Assembly (NCBI GenBank): GCA_965644295.1
Contig: CBFFRP010000324.1
Location: 1-64,000, forward strand
Reading direction: 5' to 3'
Source of the DNA: Paraphysomonas bandaiensis
Taxonomy: Eukaryota > Protista > Chrysophyceae
DNA: 64,000 nt
In this document: piece by piece, positions 35,516 to 49,057 of the stretch
Layout: each line of letters opens with the position of its first letter
Numbering within the stretch: position 1 is the first letter of the stretch
The notes under the pieces: generated by a model
What the model was told of the DNA's origin: nothing
Seen by the model: the letters and a program-made list of their open reading frames with translations, nothing else
The model's database searches: none
Position numbers and translations under genes: made by a program

Positions 35516-37363
35516 ATGGACTACGCTGAATTAAAGGCCAAGATGGCTGATTTTTTCTCAGCTGGCCCTGTCGAATTAAACCCTCCAAATGTTGTTAAAG
35601 AAGCTGATGAATTGTTACAAGGATATCATATGTTGAAAGAGAAAGACAATGAATTAATTCAAAGATGTCAAGAAATGCAGAAAAAAGCTGAAGCGATAAA
35701 GATTCAATTACAAGAGGATGATATCATGGGAAAGTTTGAAGTATATGTGACAAAGATGACACAAGAACAGCTTCTTGTGGCTGCTCATCATCTTAGTGAG
35801 CTCAAGTCGAATAAATTACCATCGCTTGTTCCTAGTATTGTCAAGAACATTATTAATAGTGCACCTAAGGCCCTTCCCCGGAATTCTAAACTCTATAGGC
35901 TAATTGTATCGACAGTTGATGAACTAAAGTGCGAAATGCTGGACGATTTTCACAGACGTTTCGAGGCCCATCTAGTTAGGTCTGAAGAACTCTCACAGCA
36001 AGAAGATGACTCCTGGGGGCCCTTTTTGGCTTCAGCCCGTGAGTGGATTCTTGCTTATATTATGATTTGCCTTTTGCCTAGTGCTGTACAGGGTTCGGAC
36101 CAGATACTTGAAGTGTACAAAAACAGTTTGGACTCAGCATTTACACCTCTATGGGGCAGATTTCATTTTCACTTGGCGACAGCCCGAGAATCGGGGTCAG
36201 TGGATCAGATTTTGTGGGCATTCGATTATTCGAAAACGTTCGTCACACTCTTGACTGGTTTGTGTGTGCAAATCACTCGGTCATCCGCTACTGAAGGGAA
36301 GAAAGGGGGGGATGTGTCTTGCATTGATGTGTTTCCAGCTTCAACAGAGTTTCCACTAGCAGCCCTAACGCAGATAACGGAGAAGGCTAGTAGATTCCTT
36401 CGGGCACATGTCGCGGAATGTATTGACATCTACATGAACTCTAGCCGAATAGGAGAAGAGTATTTTATGCCGCTTGTCGAGAAAGCACTAGAACTAGACT
36501 CTCATATGTTCACCCTCCTCACCGATAGTACTTCCAATGCATCATCTGCAGTTAGCTCGGTATACACTCTATCAGTGTGCTCCGTCTTCTGCGATCACCC
36601 TCAGGCGAGAGAGATGTGGATCGATTTCGATGCCCAACACTTTCAGAACGAAATGTTGCACGCTGTAAGTCAAATAGGAAGTGGCAGTGATATATACGGT
36701 TTCTACTTCGATTCACCACACCACTTCTCGGGCCGTTTGAGGTGCTTCCGTTGTGTGTATGACTGTCTACATCTCTTTCGATTGGCATGCATGCGGTATT
36801 TTTTTCTTCCTGTCGAAGCGCAAGATGTATTTACTGCCCGTGTGCTTGAGCCGTTACTGCTGACTGCACTCTCCTTGGTGTGGTATAGGGTGCGCTCAGA
36901 GCGTACCATCAGAGAGGTTAATACTGGAGCACGACCTTTTTATATTCCATTGGGTGCACCGGTGGAAGCCTGTGCTGCTGTTATCGACTCTGTACATTAT
37001 ATGTCTCAGACTCTGCACGGCCTTGCATCTGCACTGCCACCCTTTCGACTACCAACTGAGCTTCTGCCTGCTAGGATAGAGCGTTCCTGGAAAATTCTGA
37101 AGCGCTGGATATTCGATAAAACCAGGAGATATGGATCAGATGGAGAGTTAATGATAACTGCCGTTGATGTGCTACGTAAAATAGAAGTTATTAGGGTGCA
37201 GATAGCTGAGACGATGGCGGACAGCTGTGCTGACATCAATGCATTCAGTAAAACTGATAAAACGGATCTGAGTTGCATAACTAATATTGTGCGAGAATAT
37301 ATACAGGAAATTGCAGATGAAGTTGAGCAAAAAATGAAAAGTTCAATCCGACTAGTTGAGTAG
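35516..37363 (+). CDS. Probable RINT1/TIP20-family (Dsl1/NRZ tether) protein
   Basis: N-terminal coiled coil. PLWGRFHFHL, LVEKALELDSHM, WIDFDAQHF and MRYFFLP resemble the RINT1/TIP20 motifs RFxYHF, HLVDExLxF, WLxxE and DRYxxLP in the same order. Confidence 0.55.
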   Translation: MDYAELKAKMADFFSAGPVELNPPNVVKEADELLQGYHMLKEKDNELIQRCQEMQKKAEAIKIQLQEDDIMGKFEVYVTKMTQEQLLVAAHHLSELKSNKLPSLVPSIVKNIINSAPKALPRNSKLYRLIVSTVDELKCEMLDDFHRRFEAHLVRSEELSQQEDDSWGPFLASAREWILAYIMICLLPSAVQGSDQILEVYKNSLDSAFTPLWGRFHFHLATARESGSVDQILWAFDYSKTFVTLLTGLCVQITRSSATEGKKGGDVSCIDVFPASTEFPLAALTQITEKASRFLRAHVAECIDIYMNSSRIGEEYFMPLVEKALELDSHMFTLLTDSTSNASSAVSSVYTLSVCSVFCDHPQAREMWIDFDAQHFQNEMLHAVSQIGSGSDIYGFYFDSPHHFSGRLRCFRCVYDCLHLFRLACMRYFFLPVEAQDVFTARVLEPLLLTALSLVWYRVRSERTIREVNTGARPFYIPLGAPVEACAAVIDSVHYMSQTLHGLASALPPFRLPTELLPARIERSWKILKRWIFDKTRRYGSDGELMITAVDVLRKIEVIRVQIAETMADSCADINAFSKTDKTDLSCITNIVREYIQEIADEVEQKMKSSIRLVE

Positions 37364-38593
37364 TAGAGTAAATAATATATTTAATCTTCTGTAAGACTAT
37401 TCTGCTAATTATACCAAACGTCTAATTTTGCAGGTTTTTAATGCCCGTGTATGTGATGACATGAAGCCTGCCCAATGAAAGTGTGTAACGAATACATTTT
37501 GGGGGGTTACACACTACGAACTAGGATAAAATCACCTGGACTAAATTGATTCCATCTTAATTCCTCGGAGATATGTGGGTACAACATTGGAAATATGGAA
37601 TAGTTATACCACTTTTCTATGTCAATTAGAAAATCGCAAAAATTTAGATATCATAGAACATACGAAAGCACCAGTGAGTTAATATGTTCTATGTTCTTTA
37701 ATTACAAAATCTAAACGTATTTCTTAAGTGCACCCTATTTCAATACAGTTACAGAAAATTAATCGTGACAGCTATTGATGTATACAGCCTTAGACCGTCG
37801 ACTAAAACAGAAGCATTTACTTCATGACTATCCTTCGTAGAGTGAGCTCTAACATATTCATTGGGAGAAAAAGAAGAATTTATAATGCATACATACACGT
37901 AATTACGGGTGCTGTTTCTTGTTAGGGACAGGAAATGCCAGAGTTACACAGAATAGCTTTATGCGTTCAATATTGTACAAACAGACACTGCCCACTCATA
38001 AAGATCCATTCTCAGTGCGAATCAAGATTACTTGGCGATAAATGTATGGAGGCTTGTGTTCGTTAATCTCCACTATGACTGCAGAATCCTCTATTAGATA
38101 TCCAACCCATAACTATGAACGGGCCGGTATGATACCATATGGATGAATGATCAGAACAATCCGGACACAGGGTTGAATTGTTCCATTTTATTGACACGGA
38201 ATTCTATAGTTACGTACGTCAAGTGACGGTGTCTTTTTTTTCACTGACACAATTGTGACACGATTCAAGTAAATAGAGATGAGTTTTGGGGTAAACCGAG
38301 TCCCCGAGATTCTAACTGTACGTGATTTTCTCTATGTTATTTTTTGTAAACTGCTGATGATGAGACTATTGTGCCCGACTGGTGTCTGGTTCATTGCAAC
38401 AGGCAGAGTTCGAGAAAACGAATACATCGAATGGGATCAGAAGGAGAAGGAGACCCCTTCCAACACACTGGACACCGCATGACGCAATCGTCATATGATG
38501 CTCTGAATACTGTGTTAATGAACCTTCATATCATCCGATGGATGCATATATATCGTATTAGCTTTATTACATTATTTCAATGTGATTTTTCTT

Positions 38594-40620
38594 ATGAAAA
38601 AGGAAGGTATCGACTTTCTGGAGACTCTCTTTGAACTACTTCAGAACCCTCTATACACGAAAATATTGGGCTGGAAGAGTAGTGGAGAGAGTTTTGAGAT
38701 TAGAAACACTGATCTATTCATTAAGGTGACTGAGATATATGTGTATCTATGTGTCTCTAATATATTTATATTTTTAGATTGTGTTGCCGAGATTTTATGA
38801 AGATGAAAGATACGAAACATTTTTATCACGGTTGGCGTCGTTTCGGTTTAAGAAGCAAGTTGATGACTCTGGAATCCAGTCATTTTCACATCCTCTCTTT
38901 ATTAGAGGAAATAGAGGCCTGATTCCTATGATACTAGAGATTGAGATAGCTAATGAAATGGAGAACGGACACCCGAGGAAACAGGGATCGGCATTCCTGG
39001 AGAAATTATATGACATGCTAGAAGATAAGAGTTACGAGGATTATATATGCTGGTGTGCAGATGGAACCACAGTTTTGGTGAAGAAAGTGGAGGAGTTTTC
39101 ACAGGTTTCACCAAGCAGTGTACCTCTACTAGATCTAATACAATGTTTTCCATGTTACAGATCGTGCTCCCCAAGTTCTACAAGCATAACAACTTTCAAT
39201 CATTTGTTCGTCAGCTCAATATGTATAGCTTCAATAAAACGTCCCATGATGCCAACTGGCGTGAGTTTAAGCAACCCCTTTTCCGCAGGGGAATGCGCAA
39301 TTTGCTAGGTTTTATATCAAGGAAGACCCAGCAGAAGAACCCCCCCACCACTACGGCACCAGCGTCCGACACAACAGCGAATGGAGATGCGAAGGCGCGA
39401 CAGACTCCTGGATTGGGAAGTGTGGGCACAGACCAGGAAAGCGTAGGATCGGGAACAGGGAGTGATACATCCCTGCGTAAGGTACGTAGCACGGACGTGA
39501 AGCGGGTGCGCTCCTTGGCCCCTGATAATTACTCCATCCCCGCAACGGGGGTTCCAACGCAGATGGCGATGAATAGAGCGATTGCATATTCCGGAAGGGA
39601 GACTATGGAAATAGCGGCGTTGCGTAATGACATGATGGTGTTGCAGTCGCGCGTATCGAACCTGGAGGGACAGTTGCAGTATGTGATCTCATATATCAGC
39701 CCCAGTAACACAGCCCCCCCTGCGGGTAAGAGATTCTGTAGTCAATACATGTTCGCTCATTGTTTCGTGTATATTTCAACAGGATCCCGCCCGACTTATG
39801 TCCCCTTTTCACGCACCCACCATCCCAGCGCAAACCACCACCATATGCCCCCCACGCGGTACAGGGAGACGAGGAACACGCTCGGTACACTCTCCTCTGG
39901 GGATGAATCCCCTGAGGAGTCGAATTCTATGTCAGGTCAATCTTCGGTTTCAAGTGGTTCGGACACTTCCGACTCGCAGAAGATAAAGAAAACTTATTCC
40001 TTGAGCGACATACCTGCCAGCAACAACAAGGTACCCTATGTTTTGAAATGTTTTGTTCGTATTTAACCACATATAGGACTCTGTTGCCTCATTTGTTCGG
40101 ACGAATTCAGTACAGGAGACTTCCCCCTACATGGTGGGTGTGAAGGGGACTGATTCGCAATCAGCCTCGACAGATTGTGATAGTCTCAAGACTGCGTATA
40201 GCACATCGTTCAGGGGAGGGGAGCGCAGCGCAGTGCACAACTCTCCCGGTAGCGACAAGCAGGGTGTGAATGCGATTCTCTCCGCTGCTGAAGGACTTGT
40301 TCAGGTCTCACATACTGCTATTTCCCCTCAACGCGAGGGGCAGGTAAATCACAAGCAGCATCAGTTAACTGAGAGCGTGGGACTGACCGAGACCAACGTA
40401 AACAGTCGGCGTCAGATGGAGATGTCAGAGGAGTGCCAGCCCTACGCGAAGAGGTACCGCCACATGTTGCAAATAGATTATGTAATCACTCTATAATTTC
40501 AGGATGAGGTCTGCCAGTGATATGACAGTTTCTAGTTCGTCTTCTGGTACTCCGAGTTCAACTACTACCTCTCAGTACGAAGGAAGATATTTGTCGAAAA
40601 TGACAACAATGGGAAAGTGA
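38594..40620 (+). CDS. Heat-shock transcription factor with two tandem HSF DNA-binding domains; introns 38726-38777, 39105-39160, 39726-39782, 40031-40076, 40454-40502
   Basis: DBD2 is canonical (FLEKLYDML...IVLPKFYKHNNFQSFVRQLNMYSF...FKQPLFRRG). DBD1 is divergent (FLETLFELL...IVLPRFYEDERYETFLSRLASFRF...FSHPLFIRG). Coiled coil LRNDMMVLQSRVSNLEGQL follows. Confidence 0.88.
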
Positions 40621-42027
40621 ATCATGAGATCATATTATTGCGAGTGGGTGTCCTAGTTTATTGTATTTTTATTAACACTTTATGCTGATTAACTCTTCGA
40701 AATCCACATTTAACCAGTAGAGTGGTGCCTATTGAGGGTCATGTGTTGTAGTGTGCAACCATGTTTTGTCGTTTTTGAAGGTAGGGCTTCATTCGTGCCA
40801 TTAGAAGTATATCCTGTCAAACTTTACTTGATAACAATATATGGTGGCGCACATTGATGAGTTTGTATTTAACTTATGTTGTCTGCGCTTATCCATTGAT
40901 TGAAATAATTGATGTGGTGCACCAAGGAGTTTATAAGTACTCATACTATCGTAATGTAATATATTAGTTTTTTAAATATTAGAACTCCGACAGGCACTTA
41001 TGAATGGTACAACGTTTCGTTCAATCGGGAAACATGTTCATAACCTCCCATAAGTAGAAATTGGCACCTCGTTAAGTAAAATATCATCTCACTGTATGTT
41101 AACTTAATATTATACTAAACAAATTTTAAAATTATTTATATTATACTGAATACTAAATAATAATCTGATGTATAAACCATCTTAACAGCTATTCTAACGT
41201 ATTTCCTTTGTATCCATAAAGTCTTTTGCTTGGGTACAGCAATTACAGAAGTCAATGGACATATGAGACAAAATTTTAAGATTATGTCCCCACATTGTCT
41301 CGAAAAAAGATTTTTTACCTGATTTTGTCTCAACAGAGCGCTCATAATAGACATTCCATATGGCATTCAACAGAAGCTTACACTTCTATCTTAATTATGA
41401 TAATTCCACCCTTCGCCTGACGATGTGGAAGATCATAATGATGTCAGTGCAAGCGATCTATCTTCATAGCCAGGATTTCGAAACAACTTCAAGAATATTT
41501 CAGGAGGGTTTAAGTGCCATACCTGATGCTGTATAGGTGGTAAAGGGCAGCGGAATCCAGTTCTTTTACGGTTCGGGTTACATTGTGCTTACGAGAGGAT
41601 ATTGTGTGCCTCAAATCATACTCACATCATTCAATCAGGTGCACTAGCAGAGGATAAGCGATATAAACGTAATGTTAATGCTAATTATAAGGCAATATGA
41701 AGCCTTTTGTGCGACTACAACTGTTCACATTCATCATCACACTTATGTACCAATTTCAACACCTTGCAGTTGCTATTTCATCAGTATCCTTCTATGGTTG
41801 GAGTGCATTTGTTGCAGCCATTATATACATAAATTTGGGGGTGTATTGTTTGAGTTGACCTATAGCGCAATTGCTATTCCCAAAGCATACACAGCCAGTA
41901 TACATACCATTCATTTTAAACAATGTAATGGTAATCAGGAAACACCTATTTTTACAGCAAGCAAGCTACTAAAATAGCTATACAATCTAATATTAAGTTT
42001 TCAATAAATTACGTTTATACATGAGGA

Positions 42028-45000
42028 AAATAAGATTTAAGCTTATTAGTAAAACAATGTTGTGATTATTAGAGTGTAAGTAATGAACACGATAGAGTGA
42101 AAATTATGAATAACAATATAGAACGTACTATCATGCACAACGGAATAGTTAGAAGTGTAACTGATAATGACGACGTTATGATGACGATCACGTATCTTCG
42201 ACAGATACTCTCTCTAATTCAGTTCATGGTATATTTCATTGAACATTATAACTCACAGATACAATCATGTATTAAGCTGAATCCTAATACGCCCCCTCAA
42301 TGAAATAATCAGTGAACCGTAGATAATAGAGAGAATATGAACTTATGCACACTGAGAGTAAAAACCAGAGTAGCAGTCACTATCCAATAACAAGCGAACT
42401 GCAGAGATGCCATATTGTGAGACCATCCTTCTAGTCCAGCATCATGTATTGAATAAAAGTAAAAAAAAATGGTAAAAACTCCGTGTAACTCAAACTAGCC
42501 ACCTAGGTCGCTTGTGGCTTGTTAATTGTGATTTAGGTGTCTCTGAGGTTGTTGATCGCTTCCTGTTGTTGCTGGATGGGATGTCGAACCCAGCTCCCCC
42601 CATCAATGTAGTTCGCAATTGAAGAAAATTAGTTGCTCCTAGTGGTTTCGTGAGAAGATCGGCTAACATTGACGTGGTGGGAATATGGTCAACAGTCAAT
42701 TGGTTTTCGGCAATATTTTCTCGAATGAAATGATACCGTATCGCAATATGTTTCGTACGACGATGATGAGTAGGATTGTAACATAATTGGACTGCCCCTT
42801 TATTATCGCACCAAATAGTTGTTGAGAATGGAAGTTTGAAACCAATTTCTGATAATAAAGAGCGTAGCCATAATGCTTCCTGAGCTGCTGACGATAGAGC
42901 CATATACTCAGCTTCAGTAGATGACAATGCCACAGTTGTCTGTAATCGAGATTGCCATGATATAAGACAATTACCTATGAAGAATGTAAAGGCTGTAGTG
43001 GACCGTCGAGTGAGGTGACACCGTGCCCAATCGCTATCGCAGTATCCTGACAATGTTATGTGGGATCCAGAATATATCAATCCTTGCTTAGCAGCGCCTT
43101 TGAGATACCTAAGAACATGTAACGCAGCATTACAGGTAGTTAGATTAGGCATATCAGAAAATCTGGCAAGAGTATTGACTGCATAGGCGATATCCGGTCG
43201 AGTGCATACAGCTAGATACATTAGGGAACCTATGGGCTCCTTGTAGGGGAAATTCTGAACATAACTTTGATTTGACTCTGAAAGATGATTGTATTCATGT
43301 AAATCATAGTTGAAAGACAGTAACATAGGTGTTGACATGGGTTTACTGTTAGACATGTTGAATTTGTCCAGTAACTTTCTGACGTACTGCTCCTGACTGA
43401 GAGTCGTGATATTTTTGTCAAAATCTTGATGAATGGAGATGCCCAAGTAATAGTCTAGGAGTCCGAGATCCGTAATTTCGAACTTTTTGGATAAATGGTC
43501 TTTGAATTGTTGGATATCAGTGTCGGATGTAGATGCTATAATAATATCATCCACATACATGGCTATTAGCATAATCCTGCCATTAATCTGCTTTTTGAAT
43601 ATACACGGGTCAGATATTAGTCTGGTGAAACCCATATCTAGCATAAAATTTGTACAGCACTTATACCAGTTAAGACCTGCTTGCTTTAGACCGTAGATGC
43701 TTTTCATCAGTTTGAGGACTTTTCCGTCAGGGACGTCCATGCCAGGAGGGGGATACATGTATATGTTCTCTTCGAGGTCAGCATTGATGTACGCAGTTGT
43801 GAAATCGATTTGGTGCAATTTGAGTTTCATAATAGTCGAAAGGGCAATAATTGTACGTAGTGATGTATGTAGCCTTTGCGACGGGGCTGTATGTATCATT
43901 GTAATCGATGCCTTGGATTTGAGTAAAACCCTGTGCGACTAGTCGAGCCTTGAATTTGATATCATTCTGTTTTCTTTTTATTTTGAATATGAGTTTCCCC
44001 TTTATGGCTCTTGCTCCAGGTGGTAACGCAGTGTATCTCCAGCACCCTTTCCTCTGAAGAGTGGATATTTCTCTATTGATAGCATCGATCCACTGCTGTT
44101 TATATTTACCTGAAATAGCATCTTGAACACTCTTTGGTGTATCGGTTAGCTCGTCAATGTCATCGCAATTACTGATAGCATGCATAACAATATCAATATT
44201 GTTTGTATGTAATTTTGATATACATTGTGTGTCATGTGCCATATGATTTACTACATGTTTAGCATTTACATCACATGTATATACACCATCACCTAGTTTG
44301 TGTATATTTACAATTACCCGTTTCCTGGCCATTCTCCTGCTTCGGAGAACACTCTTTCTACCAGCTAAAAATTGTTGTTTTGCTGTAGCACGGACCTTAC
44401 TTGGCCCTTCAGGTGTACCCTGATTTTCCCAATCTCCCGATGAATCAGCAGACTTGTTACCGCGTTTGGCCATACGCTGGTGCACACGATCCACTTGACC
44501 GTGTGGTGCCGGATTCGGCACTAGATTCCCATTGAATTGTTTCGGAGGGCGAGTCTTCGCTATCTTTGCATCGGAGTGGGTAGGTTCACACCGATGGCTG
44601 CTGATTCTCTCCTGCGCGGCATCATGATGTCTGAGATTCTCGCCACTCCCCGTGGAAGTAGCGGCTGGCGCTGGAGATCCAATAACTGTATCGGGGTTTT
44701 GATCTGATTTGCTGGATTTATGTATTGGGGTTTTCGATCGAGACGTAATACATTTGAGACCAACTGCTTTGAGTTCTATGTATTCTTCAGTGTACTTTTC
44801 GACGTCTGCAGCATGAATGGGGTCGTCGAGCTGGATGATTCGTGTAGTGTCACCGCTGTCGTCCACTAGACCACGATACGCTGAGATTAATCCTTTTCTG
44901 AGCTTTATTTGAGTCGTTACATATGTTAATCCATCGTCTGGATCTACATGAGCTAGACCTATGAGATATTTGAAACTTTCTACTGTCCTGGTGGTCTCAT

Positions 45001-47784
45001 TCTCTCTGAATATCTCATTTATCTCCTTAAAGTATCTCTTATCTGCTGGTGGAACACATTCGTTGAAAAATACATGTCCTGATATAACAAAGTCTCTTAA
45101 TGCGGGAACAAAGACTATATATCCAGGACCATCCTCTCGATAGCCCATAAAATACCCAGGCCAGCTATGTCTGTCCCAGTTGTTCTTTCGGAGACTGGAA
45201 TCGATATTCACAAAGCATTTACATCCCCATATTCTGGCATAACTCAAGTCTGGTATTTCGTTTTCGATGAATTGGAGTGGGGACATGAATCCTTTAGCAG
45301 TTTTGCAAGGTAGCCTGTTCTTCATGTGTGTGGATGTCTTCATGGCTTGTTCCCAGAAATTCGTTGGAAGACCTGAATCCATCAAGCTACTAAGTGCTCG
45401 TTCTTTGATGGTTCTCCATGGTCGCTCTTGAAATGGGTTGTCCTCGGGAGTATAGGGAGCGTTAAAAGTCCATGTTGCTCCAATGTATTGGAGATATTCC
45501 AATACTTTTCGTGAGACTAGTTCCTTCCCTCCATCGGCATGGTAATGTTGTAGTCGTTTACCCCTACTGCGTAGATACGTGACGACTTTCTGAATGGATT
45601 GGATAACGAAGTTTTCATCTCTCGTTGTTCCGTAGGAGTCCCACTGGTACCTTGATGCTACATCGGCGATCCCAAGTACATATCGATTTCCGGTAATAAT
45701 TGCATCGGGTGTATGTGGTCCTGAGAAATCGGCTACTATGAGCTCCCCCAGCTCCTTTGCCCTTCTCATTCTTTTCAACAACATTTGGCGGGTGGCATTC
45801 CTGTGCTTTCGTCTATGTGATTTCCCAGTCGCACATCCATCGCATAAACCGCCAGGTAGAGAGGCAACACTCATCTCCTCTTTTGTCATCTTGACACCAG
45901 TTATTAGACGTGATTTTATTGCCTTCTGTATGAGTCCAAGTGATGCATGTGCTAGTCTCTTATGTGCTAACAGTGCGGGTTGACCTGAGGCAGTTGATGC
46001 GAGGTGGGATTCATCAGTGGGAATACCGAGGTCTGATAGTGGAATTTCGTATAGGCCTCCAACGCGCTGGCCTTTCGATAGCAATATGCCGTCTTTAAAT
46101 ATTTCCACTGACTGGTTTCTGAATATGATCTCATGTCCGAGGTCATCCAGTTGGCTAATAGAAATGAGGGTCCTAGACGCTTGGTCCACGTGTTTGCACT
46201 TGGGGATGATTCCAAGTCTTCCATGACCTGAGGATATCATTGTAGACCCTGATTTGGCTGTTTGAATCTCGGTGAGGCAATCAGTGTAGTCCGTAAGGTA
46301 GCTTGCTTCTGATGTAATTGATACTGTGCACCCCGAGTCAAGAGATCCCATTCCTGCCTTTTGATCACTAACGAAGTGTAATTCATCGCTCGGTGTGTAA
46401 GCAACTCCTCCGTAATCTCGTCCTTTTTGATAGTCTGACGATGGACCACTGTCTTCATAATTTGCAAGTTGATCAGAGTGGTCGTGGAAATATTCGTTAC
46501 TCTGAGTCTGGAATTTCACTCTCTTGAATTTCGGTTTTCCTCTTGTTGATGACTTGTTGTCGGAGGAGCTTTTCATCTCTTGAATCTTCTCCCAGGAGTG
46601 CTTGCATTCCGATGCAATGTGCCCCTTTCCTCCGCATCTGAAGCACTTATTAATGTCTTTATCGGTTCTCTTATCATGTTTCTGTTTATTGGAGCGATAT
46701 TTGGAAGATGTCCCTCTTTTTCGCTTAAAATTGACTTTGCTGCGGGAAAGTGGGGGTTTTGATGTTGCGAGGTGACTACTGTCAGTTTTTGTGTCTTCAT
46801 TGTTGGATGATAGGAGCGTTCCAACAGACGAGCTTCCTAATCCGCGAAGTCTGCGAATCAATACTTTATAATCATCAATTGGATGTAGCTGCAGATTAAT
46901 TGCCAATTCTCGGTAAACCATGTTATCTTCTGAAACAATTCCCTGTCGTATTCGGGATATTAAGTCTTGGTCGTTGATCCGATGACCATAATTGATAAGC
47001 TTGTTTTTGAGTTTTTCGATAGCGTCAAGAAAATTGATTATTGACTGACCTTTTTTGATTTTTAGGCTCTGAAATTGACCAATCAGGTCGGTGATTACGT
47101 CATTTGTCGTTTTTTCCTTGAAGTGGGCTAGCAAATCGGTCCAGGCGGTTTTTCCGTCTCCATCGGGGACGTTTTCCAAAATCCCTTCGGCCTCTTCATC
47201 CTGACCAATGACAGCGCTCGAAATGACAGACCATAGGTAGTTATTACCTTCATCATAATATCGTTTCGTTTCGTGATACTGGTCGAGTCGATATTGGTAA
47301 TCTTCGTCATCTGAAATCTCTCCTTCTTCAGGTTCAGTTGGATGATCGTTTTGTAGGGTATAAACGATCTTGGGCTTTCTGTAAAACCATGCACGGCACT
47401 TCTTCTGCCACTTGGAGAAGTTCTTCGCGTCGAACTTTGGCATTGAGTCTTTCTGTTTTTCGGTTGTTGAATCCGAGTCGGTTGAGTCGTAACTTGTAAC
47501 TTTAACTGACATCTCGCTACCAAAATAAGATTTAAGCTTATTAGTAAAACAATGTTGTGATTATTAGAGTGTAAGTAATGAACACGATAGAGTGAAAATT
47601 ATGAATAACAATATAGAACGTACTATCATGCACAACGGAATAGTTAGAAGTGTAACTGATAATGACGACGTTATGATGACGATCACGTATCTTCGACAGA
47701 TACTCTCTCTAATTCAGTTCATGGTATATTTCATTGAACATTATAACTCACAGATACAATCATGTATTAAGCTGAATCCTAATA
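42028..47784 (-). mobile_element. Ty1/copia LTR retrotransposon #3, full length, LTR termini TA...TT, TSD GAGGA
   Basis: Identical 262-bp LTRs at 47523-47784 (5') and 42028-42289 (3'). Minus-strand PBS TGGTAGCGAG at 47522-47513, PPT GAGGGGGCG. GAGGA at 42023-42027 and 47785-47789. Confidence 0.95.
42490..47512 (-). CDS. Gag-Pol of copia #3, frameshifted in RT by a 4-bp duplication at ~43863-43870
   Basis: Knuckle CFRCGGKGHIASEC, protease LDSGCT, HHCC (HKRLAH...CDGC), integrase D-D-E, KARLVAQG, YVDD, CDSDW, ADLLTK. GCTACATACATCA versus the expected GCTACATCA explains the shift. Confidence 0.92.
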
Positions 47785-48340
47785 GAGGATAAGCTACAAT
47801 TTAACCTAGGGATAAGGAGTATCGTCCCTTGTCTAAATTTTAAAACTCAGACTTTTCGCCCTCGGGACGATATAGCCTCTTTATTGCCCGTGGTTAAATA
47901 TTATAACTACATCCCTATTTTATATTTTATCTCAAGAACATGTGTTCTCAGCGGAACGCTCATATTAGCATCAGACAAATATATACTCTCTATCTTAATT
48001 ATAAATTATGGCATTGCTAGTTATTTCAATTTGAATTCATTTTGCTACACAAATTTAAGGAAGCCACAATGATGACTCAATCACATTAATCATACATTTA
48101 TGTACGAATTTCAATACCTCCGAGTATCATTCCCCTAGAGTATCCGTATTTGTTTTAGATATTATACAGAACTTAGAGATTTATTGTTTTGAGTTACTGT
48201 AATACAATTGTCACTCCCTTATGTAGATATCATTGGTTTGAAACTATAACTGTTTAGTTTGATTTTTTGATGTTTAATCAGGGATCACCTATTTCCTCTA
48301 TAGCTAGCTATACATGTTAGATACATTAGAATTTCAAAAT

Positions 48341-48470
48341 CATGAGGATAAGCTACAATTTAACCTAGGGAAAAGAAGTATTGTCGTTTTTAAAACTTGA
48401 GTATTTTGCCCTCGTTTCAAAATATTGAGCGCGGGACAATATAGCCTCCTTAAATCCCGTTATTAATACA
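48341..48470. repeat. Paralogous copy of the repeat into which copia #3 inserted (shows the empty site)
   Basis: CATGAGGATAAGCTACAATTTAACCTAGGGA at 48341 equals left flank CATGAGGA plus right flank (GAGGA)TAAGCTACAATTTAACCTAGGGA. Confidence 0.85.
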
Positions 48471-48736
48471 GCTATATAGGAAGCCGGCATACCAGTTCCA
48501 TTTGAGTTAGTAGAATTGAAAATGAAGAAAAGAAAAAATTGTAGATCAATAATTGAGGTCATAAATTGGGTGTATAAATAGAGCTGGAATCTTCGATTTC
48601 AGAATTGTGGTTTATGCTAATAGATGTGTGTTTTCAAATTCTCAAGATATCACGATTTTTCACGTTGTGTATATGACTTTGAGACCTGTAGCGTACATGT
48701 GTAGCATTTAAACTCAAATTTATAATGACTCTCAGC

Positions 48737-49057
48737 AAAGTTGGACTCGCACCTTTTTGTGGTGTTTTGAGTTTTGAGGGATAGGTACCGAAGATATTCC
48801 TCCCGGAAACTAACATATATATAGTCAGCATATAAGAGTCTTTCCACTCATAGCCCAATGCTTGTGTGGTAAAGGGACACAAATAATATAAGTGCTACTT
48901 GTGTGAACGTCTTTGGGCCCTGACGAATAAATCGGCATCCGAGAATGGGCCCATCTCAGGGGCTGCCTGCTTTTTACCTTTGACTCAAAAGTCCTGAAGT
49001 CAGCAGATGTCAGATATATCAACATTTTGCTTGCTCACTGTGTTTGCTTTGAGTGAT
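48737..49057. repeat. Dispersed repeat, copy 2 (homologous to 8398-8720)
   Basis: Same collinear blocks as copy 1, with small indels. Confidence 0.8.
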
